The notes under the pieces: generated by a model
The model's database searches: none
What the model was told of the DNA's origin: nothing
The model's input: the letters and a program-made list of their open reading frames with translations, nothing else
In this document: one piece after another, positions 25,240-37,830 of the stretch
How positions within the stretch are numbered: the stretch's first letter is position 1
Layout: each line of letters begins with the position of its first letter
Assembly (NCBI GenBank): GCA_023515725.1
Contig: JALDTO010000136.1
Location: 261,321-325,320, forward strand
Length of the DNA stretch: 64,000 bases
Reading direction: 5' to 3'
Source of the DNA: Amoeboaphelidium protococcarum X5
Taxonomy: Eukaryota; Fungi; Aphelidiomycota
Made by a program: the position numbers and the translations under genes

Positions 25240-26683
25240 TCATTCAATGACATTGTCAACCATCTTGATGCCTTCCTTCTCCAGTTCGGCGATCAGAGGC
25301 TCACAAATCTTCATGGTCATTGGCGCAATGACTCCCTTCTCGGTCAACTTTCCATCCAAGATTTATTGGACAGCGATACCACACGGAATGCCGACAGTCT
25401 TTGCCATTGCAGTGTAACCACCAGGGACACCATACTCGATCATGGTGCTGTAGATGGTCTTCTTGGAGCCATCCTTGTTCTCAATGTCAAAACGATGTTG
25501 CAGGAACACCAAATCGCGTTCTCCCTCGCCATACGCCATCTTCTGCTCCAGTAATGCACACAAAGTATCCAGGTAATTTCCTCTTGGCTACACTTTAGCA
25601 TTATTGGATAGTAGACCGAGCCACTTTACACCATTCGCGATATTGTCCTGATTGAACTTGGACATCTTGGATACCTGGCCCTTGTCAAAGATTGCCTTCA
25701 GTAGCTAATCATCCGTAACACTAGAGTCCACTTACAGCATTTTACACGTCAACTGGCGCCAACTCAACTGAGCATCAGCACTCAGCCAACTCACTTGATC
25801 ATCTTTAAGGAAGCCCATGGACACCAGGACAGAGACAAACTCTGGGAATCCACTAAAGCGAAGAGTGCCGCGGACAACAGTCTCACACTCTGGAATGTTG
25901 TAACGTTCATTGTACGGCGTGGAGTCTCTGTTTGGGTATCCGACCAGGGAGAATGCTGGATACCCAGTGAAAATAGGCTGGGCAGAGTTCATCAATTCCG
26001 GTCCAGGAATTTCGACAACACGACCATCTTTCAAATATTTGGCAGTGTTACGCAAGGCCAACAACACTCCTCTGGATGACCAGCTAAACTTGTAGCCAAG
26101 CGGATTGTTGGAGCATTCAGGCGCTGGGAGTCCACCGCAGTAAGACACGAAAGACTTCAACTTCCCACCTTCTCTGTGGACTTGGTCGATAGTCTTGACC
26201 GCATACAAGTGATCAATTCCAGGATCCAGACCAATTTCGTTCATCACTGTGATGCCAGCTTTGATAGCATCCTGATGCAACTCGGCCATCTGCGGATTGA
26301 CGTAACTGGTGGTGACAACGTGCTTCTTGCTCTTAATAGCCGCCTTAATAACCTGTGCATGATGAATGTAAGGGATCAGCGAGATCACCAAATCGTACTG
26401 AGCAATCAAATTAGCCAGTTCGCTCTCATTATCCACATCGAAACTGATAGCCTTCACCTTACTCTCACCACCAAGCTATTTAGCCAGCTTCTGAGCATTT
26501 TCCAACTTTCTGCTAGCCACGGTTAACTTGTTTTCTACACACCACCGTAATGTCACTCAAATGAACTATTGATTGAAAGGCACGCTACAACTTACCAGAA
26601 CGTCTCAGCAAAAAATCAGCACATGGCTTGGCCACGTATCCACTGCCCAACAATAAAATTTTACGTTCGCCAGTATTGGTCAT
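25240..26683 (-). CDS. LYS9: saccharopine dehydrogenase (NADP+, L-glutamate-forming); intron 26535-26595
   Basis: ILLLGSGYVAKP, VVTTSY, NEIGLDPGIDHL, SYCGGLPAPECSNNPLGYKFSWS, TAMAKTVGIPCGIA; 61-bp GTAAG...GTGTAG intron restores the frame. Confidence 0.97.
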
Positions 26684-26886
26684 GTTGAATTTGTCACTTC
26701 AAATGTTCAACCTTTTGTTTTGGTGGTCTTTAAGGTATAAGACTGAGAAGACACATACGCGCGCGTAATTCTCAATCAACAGAGCGGTTCATCGATCAAC
26801 GCCAATGAACTACAACTACAACAAAGTACTTTGAAAAACTTAAATTTAAAATGTTCACGAGCAACAATTATATCTATTCAATCATT

Positions 26887-27240
26887 TCAATTATTCTTGC
26901 TATTCACAGCAACACGCTCTTTTAGATGCTTTAAAGTCTCCTTCTGCATCTGAGAAGGATCATCCATATTGGGCGTTCTATCAGCCTTCACCATAGCTTC
27001 ACTTTCAGATGCTGCACTCTCATCCCATTCATCTTCGTAAGCACCTGATTACTGTGACGAGTTGGCCTTTTTCATAGCTCTCTGCTTACTCTTCTCCAAC
27101 ACTTCAGGATCATTGTCAGACATATTGCTACCCGTACCTAACACTCTATGGCCAGCGGTAATTGTTCTCACATCAACTTTGTGACTCAATGTCATTCTCA
27201 CATTGGGTATAACTCTCTTGATAGAAGTCATCGCAGACAT
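26887..27240 (-). CDS. small putative mitochondrial protein (117 aa)
   Basis: basic presequence-like N-terminus, NDPEVLEKSK, WDESAASESEAMVKAD; TGA stop. Confidence 0.7.
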
Positions 27241-27732
27241 TGTCTTTTTAAAAGAGTCAGATATTGATAATGAAAAACTAGTTTAAAATGCGGTACAGAG
27301 AGTTGATAAATGAAGAGAAGATGATGATAACTTATAGGAGACTTCATCAAATGCCCATTTGTAACAGAGCATCATCATCATCATGATGGTGAATCATACA
27401 GTCAGTCGTAACACTCGCTGCTGATTGATAACTCTGCTGTCAACGCGCGAGTCAAACCAGATCGCCCGCGATGAAACAATCGACACGCGAACGACGAACG
27501 CGACAACCTTAGCGAGCATAATAGGTGCAAATTTAAATACCGACGGGCAGAGGAGAGAGACCGATGAGCGATAGAATAGAGAAAGCACACCCAACAACAA
27601 CGAGAATCTCTCCTCGCGCGCCTTGAGTAAGAATCTCGTTTTCTGGAGCCGAATTTTCTACTTTTTCTAACCTTTCATTTCCATAACTAATTTATACCAT
27701 TTATCATTGACTTAAACTATCAATTATTCAAT

Positions 27733-29049
27733 ATGAACGGAGATAGTCAAGAGGATTAGGATACGAAGAGAAATATTTAGATTTGGAAGATCAAGAAGCT
27801 GATGCACCATTTGGATAATTCAAAGGGAAACGGAACATCCATGGTGTCTATGATTATTCCACCTAAAGATTAGTTGAGCAGAGTGCAGAAAATGCTTTTG
27901 GATGAACAAGGTGCCGCCGTCAACATCAAATCCAGAGTTAATAAGCAATCTGTACTGGCTGCTATTACATCCGCTTCTTAGAGACTCAAGTTGTACAGCA
28001 AAGTGCCGCCTAATGGGCTGATTCTATTCACTGGTACCATCATTAATGAAGAGGGTAAGGAGAAGAAGATCACCATTGACTTTGAGCCATTCAAGCCGAT
28101 CAACACGTCCATGTACTAGTGTGATAATAGATTCCACACTGAGGCATTGCATGAATTGCTTGAGAATGATTCCAAATTTGGCTTCATCATCATGGATGGT
28201 CATGGAACGTTATTTGGTTCAGTGTCTGGTAGTGCTAGAGAGATTTTGCATAAATTCGACGTGGATCTGCCAAAGAAGCACGGACGTGGTGGTCAGTCTG
28301 CGATGCGTTTTGCACGTTTGCGTATGGAGAAGCGTCACAATTATATCAGAAAGGTGGCAGAGTTGGCCACGTAGTTGTTCATCAATGTAGATAGGCCTAA
28401 TGTGTCCGGTCTCGTGCTGGCCGGTTCCGCTGACTTTAAGACTGAACTGTCGCAGTCTGATTTGTTCGATCCGCGTCTGCAGCCTATCATTGTGAACATT
28501 GTGGATATCTCTTATGGTGGTGAGAATGGATTTAATTAGGCGATTGAATTGTCTGCTGATGCTTTGGCTAATGTCAAGTTTGTCTAGGAGAAGAAGTTGA
28601 TTTAGAAGTACTTTGAACTCATCAACTTGGATAGTGGAAAGTTTTGTTTTGGTGTTGATGACACGATGAAGTGTTTGATGGACATGCGTGCAGTGGAGCA
28701 TTTAATTGTGTATGAGAATTTGGAAATCACTAGATATGTGTGCCGTCACCCATAGACTGAAGAAGAGAAGGTGTGCTACGTGCGTCCTGATTAGGAGAAG
28801 GATATGTCGTTCCTGAAGGATCAAGTCTCTGGAGTTGAGTATGAAGTCGTGGACAAGATGTCTCTGGTAGAATGGCTAACTGAGCACTATCAGGAATTCG
28901 GAGCCAAGATGGATCTGGTTACTGATAAGAGTTAGGAGGGATCTTAGTTCGTGCGAGGATTTGGTGGTATTGGCGCCATCCTGCGATACAGAGTTAATCT
29001 GGAGTAGATTGCCATGTATGAGGATGAGGACATGTGGGAAGATGATTGA
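27733..29049 (+). CDS. SUP45: eukaryotic peptide chain release factor 1 (eRF1)
   Basis: GNGTSM, NIKS, Yx[36 protein letters not shown]; 438 aa; 14 in-frame TAG; TGA stop. Confidence 0.98.
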
Positions 29050-29111
29050 TTAAAGAATCTTGATATCTCTTTGCTGCCATCTGATTTTAAAGATTGAACA
29101 GTCACAATATA

Positions 29112-29256
29112 AAAAGTAAACTTTTAATTCACAGATACATTTTCAATTTATCATCATTTACAAGCAAATTCAAGTTGTACCATCACCAAGAATACATAGG
29201 AAATCACTTTTGAATTATATTCGCCACACACTGTTCAGCCTTCTTCATCTTGACGG
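29112..29256. repeat. copy A of a ~150-bp direct repeat (duplicate of the LRR-PP2C 3' end)
   Basis: aaaagtaaac...tcacagat...tcatcatttacaag...atattcgccaca..ctgttcagccttcttcatcttgac matches 30673-30825. Confidence 0.85.
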
Positions 29257-29358
29257 ATTAGAAGCATCGACTGTCGGTGAATCCCAGCTCAATAAACAAT
29301 TGAAATGCAACCCCCTTCGCTTCTGTTTGCGCAATCACACCAAGAATCGTTCAACTGA

Positions 29359-30528
29359 TCAAGATAACACGTCGTTCATTGCGGTGAGAACGTCAGAAGC
29401 AATCGGAACAAGTACTCCTTCCTCAAAATAAAATAGTCCCGAGTCTATCCACGGATTAGATGCCGACAGTTGCTTTTAATATTGATTGGTCACCACACAT
29501 GTCGCAAACAGCAAACTATCCTTATCAGAATGACGCTGGATGACACGCTTAACTCTTTCTGTGAAGTACTTCAAATTTGCATTTCGCACATTCACAGCAT
29601 TAATAGACGACCAAGTTGGGTCACCGTGCATACTCATATATTCCTGCTTCACCGCCATCAAAAGTCGCGGAACAGTACCTGTTAGCTTCAACAAATCTTC
29701 GTCACTCAATTGAGTGATAGGAGGCAGTAATCGCCTGTTACGATAATGGGTCACCATTGCCTGCCATTCTTCCTTTCGGTAGAGACTAATCTTCTTCGGT
29801 GCAAGTACGGCATCATAGTCTGAAAACATGCCAGAATTACTGAGATCAAACGAAGATGAAACCGCAAGCAACGTGAACCCCCAGCTTCCGTTAAATTTGC
29901 TAAAATGGCCAAATAAATTCTTGAGCAGTGGTTGTTTAATGCCGCCAGCTTCTTGCAAGCAATTCCACTGATCAATGCCCACAAATACTGGAACTTTACA
30001 TCGGCTCATGAATCCTAGGATGTTCATCAACTCATGGGTAGCTTATCCGGAATTGCGCACCCCATTCAGTGCACTTTCTCGTATGGTCTTTAGGCTGTCG
30101 TTGCTTTAGTGGTTATCGAGTAAGGGCGCGTTCATTTCCAGAATCATGTTCAGAATTTCAACTGAGACGCGCGTATCTTCTTGCTCATCAAACCGGGTAG
30201 TTGACGCAATATACAACACGAACCATGACCCTTTGACAATACAATCTCGAGCACATAAGTATAGCAAAAGCGATTTACCGACGCCTGCCGGCCCGACAAT
30301 GACTCTCTTTGAATAGCGCTGTAAATGTGCAGGAATCTCAACAATTCTTTGTACCTCATCACGTACCGCCTCCAACTCAGGCCTTCGAAGTACAGTAAGA
30401 TGTCGTTCCTCGCCAGAATCAAGTAGTAACGATGACGGTGGTGAGGATAGCACGTTCAACAAATCCACGCTTTCAAAAGATGCTGACATTACAGATTGAT
30501 TTTCAGAAGATAAAATATTCGCAATCAT
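29359..30528 (-). CDS. Crinkler-associated-like P-loop NTPase, probably truncated or degenerate
   Basis: LRRPELE, Walker A IVGPAGVGKS, Walker B VFVGIDQWN, LTGTVPRLL, DSGLFY; a frameshifted KGVAFQ remnant follows TGA 29359. Confidence 0.65.
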
Positions 30529-30672
30529 TTTTATCAGTAAATGGCCAACAGGGAAAAAAGACCGACTATATTAAGTTGTCACGTTCACTGATGAGATATA
30601 TGATCCGCTTCTCTAAATCTCTGTTAGTGTTAAAATTCTTACAAAATTTTGGTCTTTACTCCTCGAGCAATT

Positions 30673-30825
30673 AAAAGTAAACTTTAAAATCACAGATATA
30701 TTTTAATTCATCATCATTTACAAGTGAATACAAGACATACCATCTCTTTGTATCACCACCGCTACTAGACAGAATATCACTTTTTCATATTCGCCACAGC
30801 CTGTTCAGCCTTCTTCATCTTGACA
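30673..30825. repeat. copy B of the ~150-bp direct repeat
   Basis: last codons and 3' flank of the LRR-PP2C gene; matches 29112-29256. Confidence 0.85.
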
Positions 30826-33199
30826 GAGTTGGCTCTGAACAGAGGATTGGCCACCTTTGTTGCAGTCTTGTTGAAATTCTGATTCAAATCAACATCTGAT
30901 GTCTGAGGACCCTGGGCTTTCGACAAGTCTCCCTGGCTGGTGAGATTGTGGTTGGACTAAGGGACATTGGTTGGGACTTGAGTTTTTTGCTAAGGCGCCA
31001 GACTAGCTTGAGACTTCAACACCTCCGCCACTTGAGGAGCATTGGTATTCTTCTGCTTTTGTGTTGTATTTGGCTACTGGACAGCGTTCAAGTTGGCAGT
31101 AGATGCGGCCACCTTATTATCCTTGTCCCGTCTTGGATTAAAATGCAGATACACCACAATGGCCGAGATATTGTCTGTACTTCCTCTCTGATATGCCAAT
31201 TCACACAATTTCTTAGCTGCAGCTGAAGCACTATTCTAATTAAGCACGATAGATGTCACCTCCTTCAAGCCTTTCTACCATTTGGCAGCATTATCCTTAT
31301 GAACGATACTGTGCCTCTCAGCAACATCATCACCTTCACCGGCGAAAACGTCCCACAAACCATCACTACCAAGAATAACAAATCCATCATCCGCATCAAT
31401 AGGCGCCCAAGTCACATCTGGAATACAAGAAATGTACGAGCTCATATCCGAGTCACCAAGAGATCTGGTAACTTGACATTTACCATTAACGCGACCCTGC
31501 TCAATGAACGCTCCATGCAGAGACAGAACTCTTTTCTATTCTTCCGGCTCATTTGGTCGATGGTCTCTGGTCAAGAGTTGAGTTTTATCGGTTTTGATAT
31601 TATGCACCACCATTCTAGAGTCACCCAAGTTGATAGAGTATCGGATGTTATCATGGATGTACAATGCTACACAAGTCGTACCAGTGATGGTATTCCATGG
31701 TGCCATCTGTTTCTGACAATCCTGAAACGCTTTCTTGATCTCCTCAGCGCGAGTTTCGGGCGTCGCGACGCTCGGCAAAGCTTTAATTCTCTCGCTTATC
31801 AAAACGGGCAAGTTCTCCGATGCATAACTGGCAGCCTCTCTACCACCATGGCCATCGAATACTCCCCAAAAGTCTTCATATTGTGCAGATACTTGTGCTT
31901 ACTACTACTATTCAGCGCTCTCTGAACCAGTCTAATCTTGCTTCCTCTCTACAAATTTTCCGCGCATAGCCAGAACATCCTGCATCTCCGCACGTCGTCC
32001 CACAGAGATGGCGTAACCAGACTTCCACCTTGCCGATGCGGTGACTTGAGGATGGAATGGATCATTACGATGATCCTGATCACTCTAAGCCATCCACTTG
32101 TAGGCGGGACCTTGCTCATTCAACATTGCCAAATTCTTACCCTTCATTTTGTAAGTTTTCACACTTTCTCTGAACGTATTCAATTTGGTCTTGAACTGTC
32201 TCTTGTACAAACTCTTGACAACATCATCCATAATACCTTGCAAGACTTCGTTTCTTTCCAGGCATTTCTTCAATTATTCAGACGGCTGGTTCGTACCTTC
32301 AGCAGTCACAAGTTGCAATGAGGTTATCTTGGGACATACTTTTACCAATTACTCCCACTTTTACACAACTTCGGCAGACCACTGGTTATCAATGATGGAA
32401 ATTTTGCGAAGAGATGAATTCCTATACTCTGAATGAGCCAGAGGGTGAAGTGGAGGCAGAAACTTCTTCTTATCACCCAGTGGCAGTAATACGCCGGCAA
32501 AAATATTAACAACATTTAGATCATTGTTTGGCAAATGGCAGTCGTCCATTACCAATTACTGCACAGAATCGTTATATCTCAAACCATTAATCAGTATGAT
32601 CCTTAAAGTGTCAACAGATATCGAGGAGTAAGACAGGTTCAAATATACCAGAGTTTTAGACTCTCTCAAGTGCTCAGCAAGTAGACTGAAGAATGACTGC
32701 TCTGCATCACGGGCAGTATTTTCATCTGCAGCACTAACGAAATGATGATCTTTACTCTATTTCCTGTCTGTAGTTGTAAAGCAGCAATTAGATAGGTCCA
32801 ACTTCTGAATAGGAAATTTCTGTACTCCGCCGTCAGTCTTTGAAGACATCACCTTGAGGAAGGCCAGGAGACTCTCACTAGTCAACTACTTGTCATTCAT
32901 AAGCACATCATACATGACAACATTCTCAGGAATGGACTAAAAATACTTCTTCCAATGTGTAAGGCATCTCTAGTGAACAGCTGATGTGGTAAACACATCG
33001 ATCGCCTTAAAATTCTACTGCTTAGGATCAGCGGGACAGACAATGCTCTGATACTGAGTCTTGAATTGATGATACAATTGCTCAGCATCTACAACAGATG
33101 ATATCGTAATAAATGTAAAATAAATCACGACTACAAGATGATCATTATCATACCTTTGCTTTTGAAGTAATAGTGATCCAAAAAATCAAAAAATCCCAT
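30777..33199 (-). CDS. RNI-like LRR plus PP2C protein phosphatase; intron 33089-33153
   Basis: LDLSNC-type LRRs, then FWGVFDGHGG, GTT, NLGDSR, LTRDHRP, TRSLGD, LGSDGLWDV, GSTDNIS; 65-bp GT-AG intron. Confidence 0.88.
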
Positions 33200-33729
33200 A
33201 CTGATTGATATCTCAGGAGAATAGATCAGATAGATACTAACAAACTATCAAGAAAGAAAGAGCAGTGAATAACAAAAGATCGTTCAGTATTGTTCTTTCG
33301 ACAGAAGTTATTATTGTTGTTGTTTCAACTTTAAAACAAAGCGCTTTCTCCTGTTTAGCAACGGATAATTGGAAACTCTGCAACTCTATTTAATGAATTG
33401 AATGACAAGTGAGTTGTGCACTTTTATATCAAAACTCTGCGGTACATATTCGTTAATTAGATATTCTATATCATGTGAGTAATGTGTATTGAGAGAGCAA
33501 GAGTCCTAAATTTGATTAAGAATGATGTATGCGCGTTCGATCATCCTTGAAGAATATAATAGTCAATACTCTAGCTTGATAATGGGATTCTACGCATAAC
33601 GGTAGAAGTAAAGATTATACTATTTATTTGCTTAGCTAGAATGTCAAACTTGTACGCGTTGTATCTTCACATTCAAACATCAAGTCGAAGAAAGTTTAAA
33701 ATATTTTTCCATCTCAAATTATTGTAACA

Positions 33730-35379
33730 ATGTCGCGTATAGCGTAAGACCGGCGTCGATTTAATTCCGTTCTTTGTCTGTTCGGCATTGATCTTTTACT
33801 TTGATCACTCAGTTAATTAAGATTTAAACTTTGCAGCGGTATAACTATTAAAAAAGCATTTTAGAAGATGAACATGAATGAAGTTGGAAAGCATAATACT
33901 CGGCAAGATTGTTGGGTGGTCATACACGGGTCAGCGTATGATCTTACGTCATTTTTGGATGAACATCCTGGTGGATCGGCCATCATATTAAAGTATGCAG
34001 GTAAAGATGCTACGAAGGCGTTCGATAGTGTCCATCCACCGGACATTATTGAGAAGTTGCTATCCCCTGATCTCAATAAGGGACCTGTAAGTGATGCGCC
34101 ATCTTATAAGTCCGCGTCTGAAATTAATGCTAGTCAGTCTCAAGTCTCCGCAGCCGTAGCGTTTAAGCCTGACGTCAATTTGCCGCCACTCGATGCCATC
34201 CTTAATTTGACCGATTTTGAAGCTTGTGCTTAATAATTAATGTCCAAAGATGGATGGGCATACTATAGCAGTGCCGCTGATGATGAAGTTACTGCCCGCG
34301 AGAATCGATTGGCTTATCATAGAATATGGATGAAGCCTCGTGTTATGGTAAATGTCAAAGATGTTAGTGTCAAGACATCCATACTTGGTTATGAATGCAG
34401 TTTACCCGTGTATGTCACAGCGACTGCATTGGGTAGACTTGGACATCCTGAAGGTGAAGTTGTGCTGACGCGTGCTGCCGCTTCGCACAACATAATCTAG
34501 ATGATCCCAACTCTTGCTTCATGTTCTCTTGATGAAATAACTTCGGCTGCACAACCTGGTCAAGTTTAGTTCTTTCAACTGTATGTGAACAGTAACCGTG
34601 CTATCACTTAGAATCTGATTAAGAAGGCTGAGAGATTGGGATGTAAAGCTTTGTTCATCACAGTTGACGCTCCGACTCTGGCCAAGCGTGAGAAGGATAT
34701 GCGTATGAAGTATATTCGGACTCCACCAAAGGTTCAAGAAGGACATGAGATCTAGAGAAGTTAGGGCGCAGCGCGTGCTATTGGCTCATTCATAGATCCA
34801 TCATTGTGTTGGGATGATTTGAAGTGGTTTCGATCCATAACTGACCTGCCTATAGTGCTGAAAGGCGTCTAGTGTGCAGAAGATGCTTTATTAGCAGCCC
34901 AGCACGGCGTTCAGGGTATAGTGATATCTAATCATGGTGGTAGGCAGCTAGAGTTTGCAAGATCATCCATTGAGATTTTGCCAGAAGTTATGGATATATT
35001 GGATAAGCATGGTCTGAGGGACAAGATGGAAGTTTATGTTGATGGTGGTATAAGGCGGGGCACAGATATCTTTAAAGCCATTGCTTTGGGAGCTAAAGCT
35101 GTTGGAATTGGAAGACCGCTATTGTACGCAATGTCCACTTATGGTCAGCCTGGAGTGGAACATGCCTTGTAAATATTGAAAGATGAACTTGAAATGGTCT
35201 GTAGATTAATGGGAGTGACTGATATTAGAAAGGCCTCTCCCCAGATGCTATGTCTGAATTCTTTAAACCATCACACTACTGTTGTGCCAAAAGACTATCT
35301 AACTGATGCTCTTTATCAGCGCATGTAACCTCCATTGTAGCCATCAAAATCTTAAGTGAAAAGTAAGAGTAAGCTTTGA
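33730..35379 (+). CDS. CYB2: flavocytochrome b2-like L-lactate/2-hydroxyacid dehydrogenase with PTS1; probable intron 33744-33836
   Basis: b5 domain HPGG, FFQLYV, TVDAP, LKGVQ, SNHGGRQL, DGGIRRGTDIFKAIALGA; ends KSKSKL-TGA; alternative start 33868. Confidence 0.93.
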
Positions 35380-35822
35380 TAGTGATTGTGTCATATAACC
35401 ATCACTTTACTGTATTTATGAATTTTCTCATGTTTTACTCCACTATGTCATTGACAATCTCGTGTATTATCATCCATACATGATGCGCGTGTCCTTTAAT
35501 GGTTAGCGAGGTAATGGCCAGTGGTGATTTGATTGGCCCGTTAACTGTTTCAGGTGCAAAGGGACAATGCGCGCGAGTCTTAAGATATCTCCTGCGAGCG
35601 TGTGTAACAACATGCCCACTTGACTGAAATGCACAGGGGACAGGCAGTACATGAAACCTTGATCACCTGAATAACATTTTCTATCTCTTCTCTTCAATTT
35701 AGTTATCCGTTAATTTGTGAGTGACATTCAACAGTTATCCTGTTTAGCGCGTCTGATCTAATCATATCTTTAATACCTGCTCTGTAATCTTAAACATACC
35801 CCTTTGCCTCGTCTATAGCACA

Positions 35823-36182
35823 ATGATCTAAAACTAAACTTTGATAAATTCATCATCTGCCACCTGGACAATAGCTCAAGAATACCACCATCACCAGCAA
35901 TACATTCCAAAGCGTATTGCCAATCGTCCTCCTCGTATCAAGATTCCCCGTGTGAAATTTGTCATTCGATCAGTGAGTAGAAGCCGCTCTCAGCCTGTGC
36001 AACAGTAGGCATCGTAGCCAGCTGCTGTAGAAACTGCAAGTGGTGTTTAGAATGTACAGACTGAGCTGACTAATGGCTAGCCACTACTGAATAGAAGAGG
36101 GAAACAAGCTGCCTCTGACCAGAATGGCGAAAATACTCAACGGGAGCTGTGGAAGTGTCGATCGATGCCTCACCCTGCCTGA
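35823..36182 (+). CDS. hypothetical protein (119 aa)
   Basis: ATG-to-TGA frame with TAR=Gln, downstream of a CGCG-containing spacer; no family recognised. Confidence 0.45.
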
Positions 36183-36243
36183 GTTAATATAGACATATAG
36201 TCTATGATAATCCTTCGAGACTGATTTGATAGATTAAATAGAT

Positions 36244-37692
36244 TCATTACTTCACAAGCTTACATAATTCAATCCCTTTTTACACTTGATACTTGCACAG
36301 TGCCGGCGAGAGGAATATACTAATCAGCCCAGCGAAAGAGATGCCTAACGTGTCACTAACAGCCGCGGAGGCCATTGCGAATTCGCGACTGTCGCTCGAG
36401 TAATTCTGATCTGCTCCAAATCTCTATCGTATCTAATTAAAAGCATTAACATACGTGGATCCGCCCAGCAACCCTTCCCATAAAATCACAATGTAAATTA
36501 AGTATACAGATGGAATAAATCTGAATAGGGCTTCACTAATCAAGAAGATGAGCGTGCCAACTTGCAGTAGACTAAGAATCCAAATCTGACGAATGGGAAA
36601 CCACTCCACTGAGCTTCTACTGACTAGAACACCGATCTAGTATAGAAATTAATAGTACACATACGCGTCTCTTAATCGAGATATTTCATCCTAAGATGGC
36701 GACGGTGAAGCGTAGAGCAAGTTCGGACATACTCCCTAGTTTATAGTATACTCAGCCATAAATACCAGAAATAAAGGCAGCATGAACGGGACAAACATTA
36801 TTCGCAGTATCGATAACCTTTCATTTAAAGCCAGTTTACCGCTACCATTAGATACAGTTGATACGAACTATTACTCATCCACAATGTACATTCCATCGGA
36901 CGATTGTGGCTACTCTTCAGGTAATACTTGATAATCCGCTTATGATACTATAGCTCTCTTTAGATTGAAGAGTCCAAATAGTCGCCCGACTATCGTCTGA
37001 TCCGATGCGGAGCCAGTCCAATGTCGTAAAAGAATAAAGTAAGAGTACGCCATGAAGAGGGGTGCAATACTAGCAATTGCCAGTGTGATAGTGAGCGATA
37101 CTCTGAGCCAAGTAGTAAGAGCCAAATACGCCAGCGCTCCACCAACACCAGCCATTCCCGTTCCGGTAGACCATCCCGACAGAGCCATGGTGCTTAGCAG
37201 TTCACGACTATTATGATCATCGCGGTCTACAAATTGCGGAGCAGAAGTCAGAGATAGAAACGAAATCTCTCCCAGGCCGCTTGCAATGGATGCAAGGACT
37301 ATCCCAAATAATCGAATCCAGATATTGGGAATCCAGGCGACTACGTGCAAAGATATAAAACTTAGGGCGATGCATATGAATATTCTCAGGTCATAGCCCA
37401 CCCGGTGCATCATATGAGGAAATACAAATTTCACAATAAGCGATGGGATAATATCAGCCAGCAATATAGAACCTTCGCTCACACCTGTATTCTCTTGCTA
37501 CTTTATGATATCTTGTGCAGCACTCAGAAACACGACATAGGTGAAATTATTGATCAGACCGCATATTGCAAATCCAATGCGAATCTACCTTCTACTCAGA
37601 GGTGGGTCATTAGCAGGAACCTGATCAGTTTCTTCCACTTGGATATTGTCGCATTCATGTAAATTGGATATTTTTCGCATGCTCACAGACAT
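36244..37692 (-). CDS. BTN1: battenin (CLN3/Btn1) vacuolar membrane protein
   Basis: GLINNFTYVVFLSAAQDI, ILLADIIPSL, SGLGEISFL, GWSTGTGMAG, EYTINQG, WEGLLGGSTYVNAF; ends VK TAA TGA. Confidence 0.94.
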
Positions 37693-37830
37693 TTATTTTT
37701 CATCAACAGTGAATCTATTCCAATAAATTCAATCTGCAATTTCCAGATGAATTGAAGCTGTATAGACACGCAATAATTAGGAGTTAAGTGAAGGAGAGCT
37801 GATGATGCTGATCAAAAATTCTACAAAGAG

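Noticed and set aside
27778-27780. TAG aligning to Glu in eRF1 (NVEIW), suggesting UAG=Glu
   Set aside because: A single site; many invariant Gln positions use TAG
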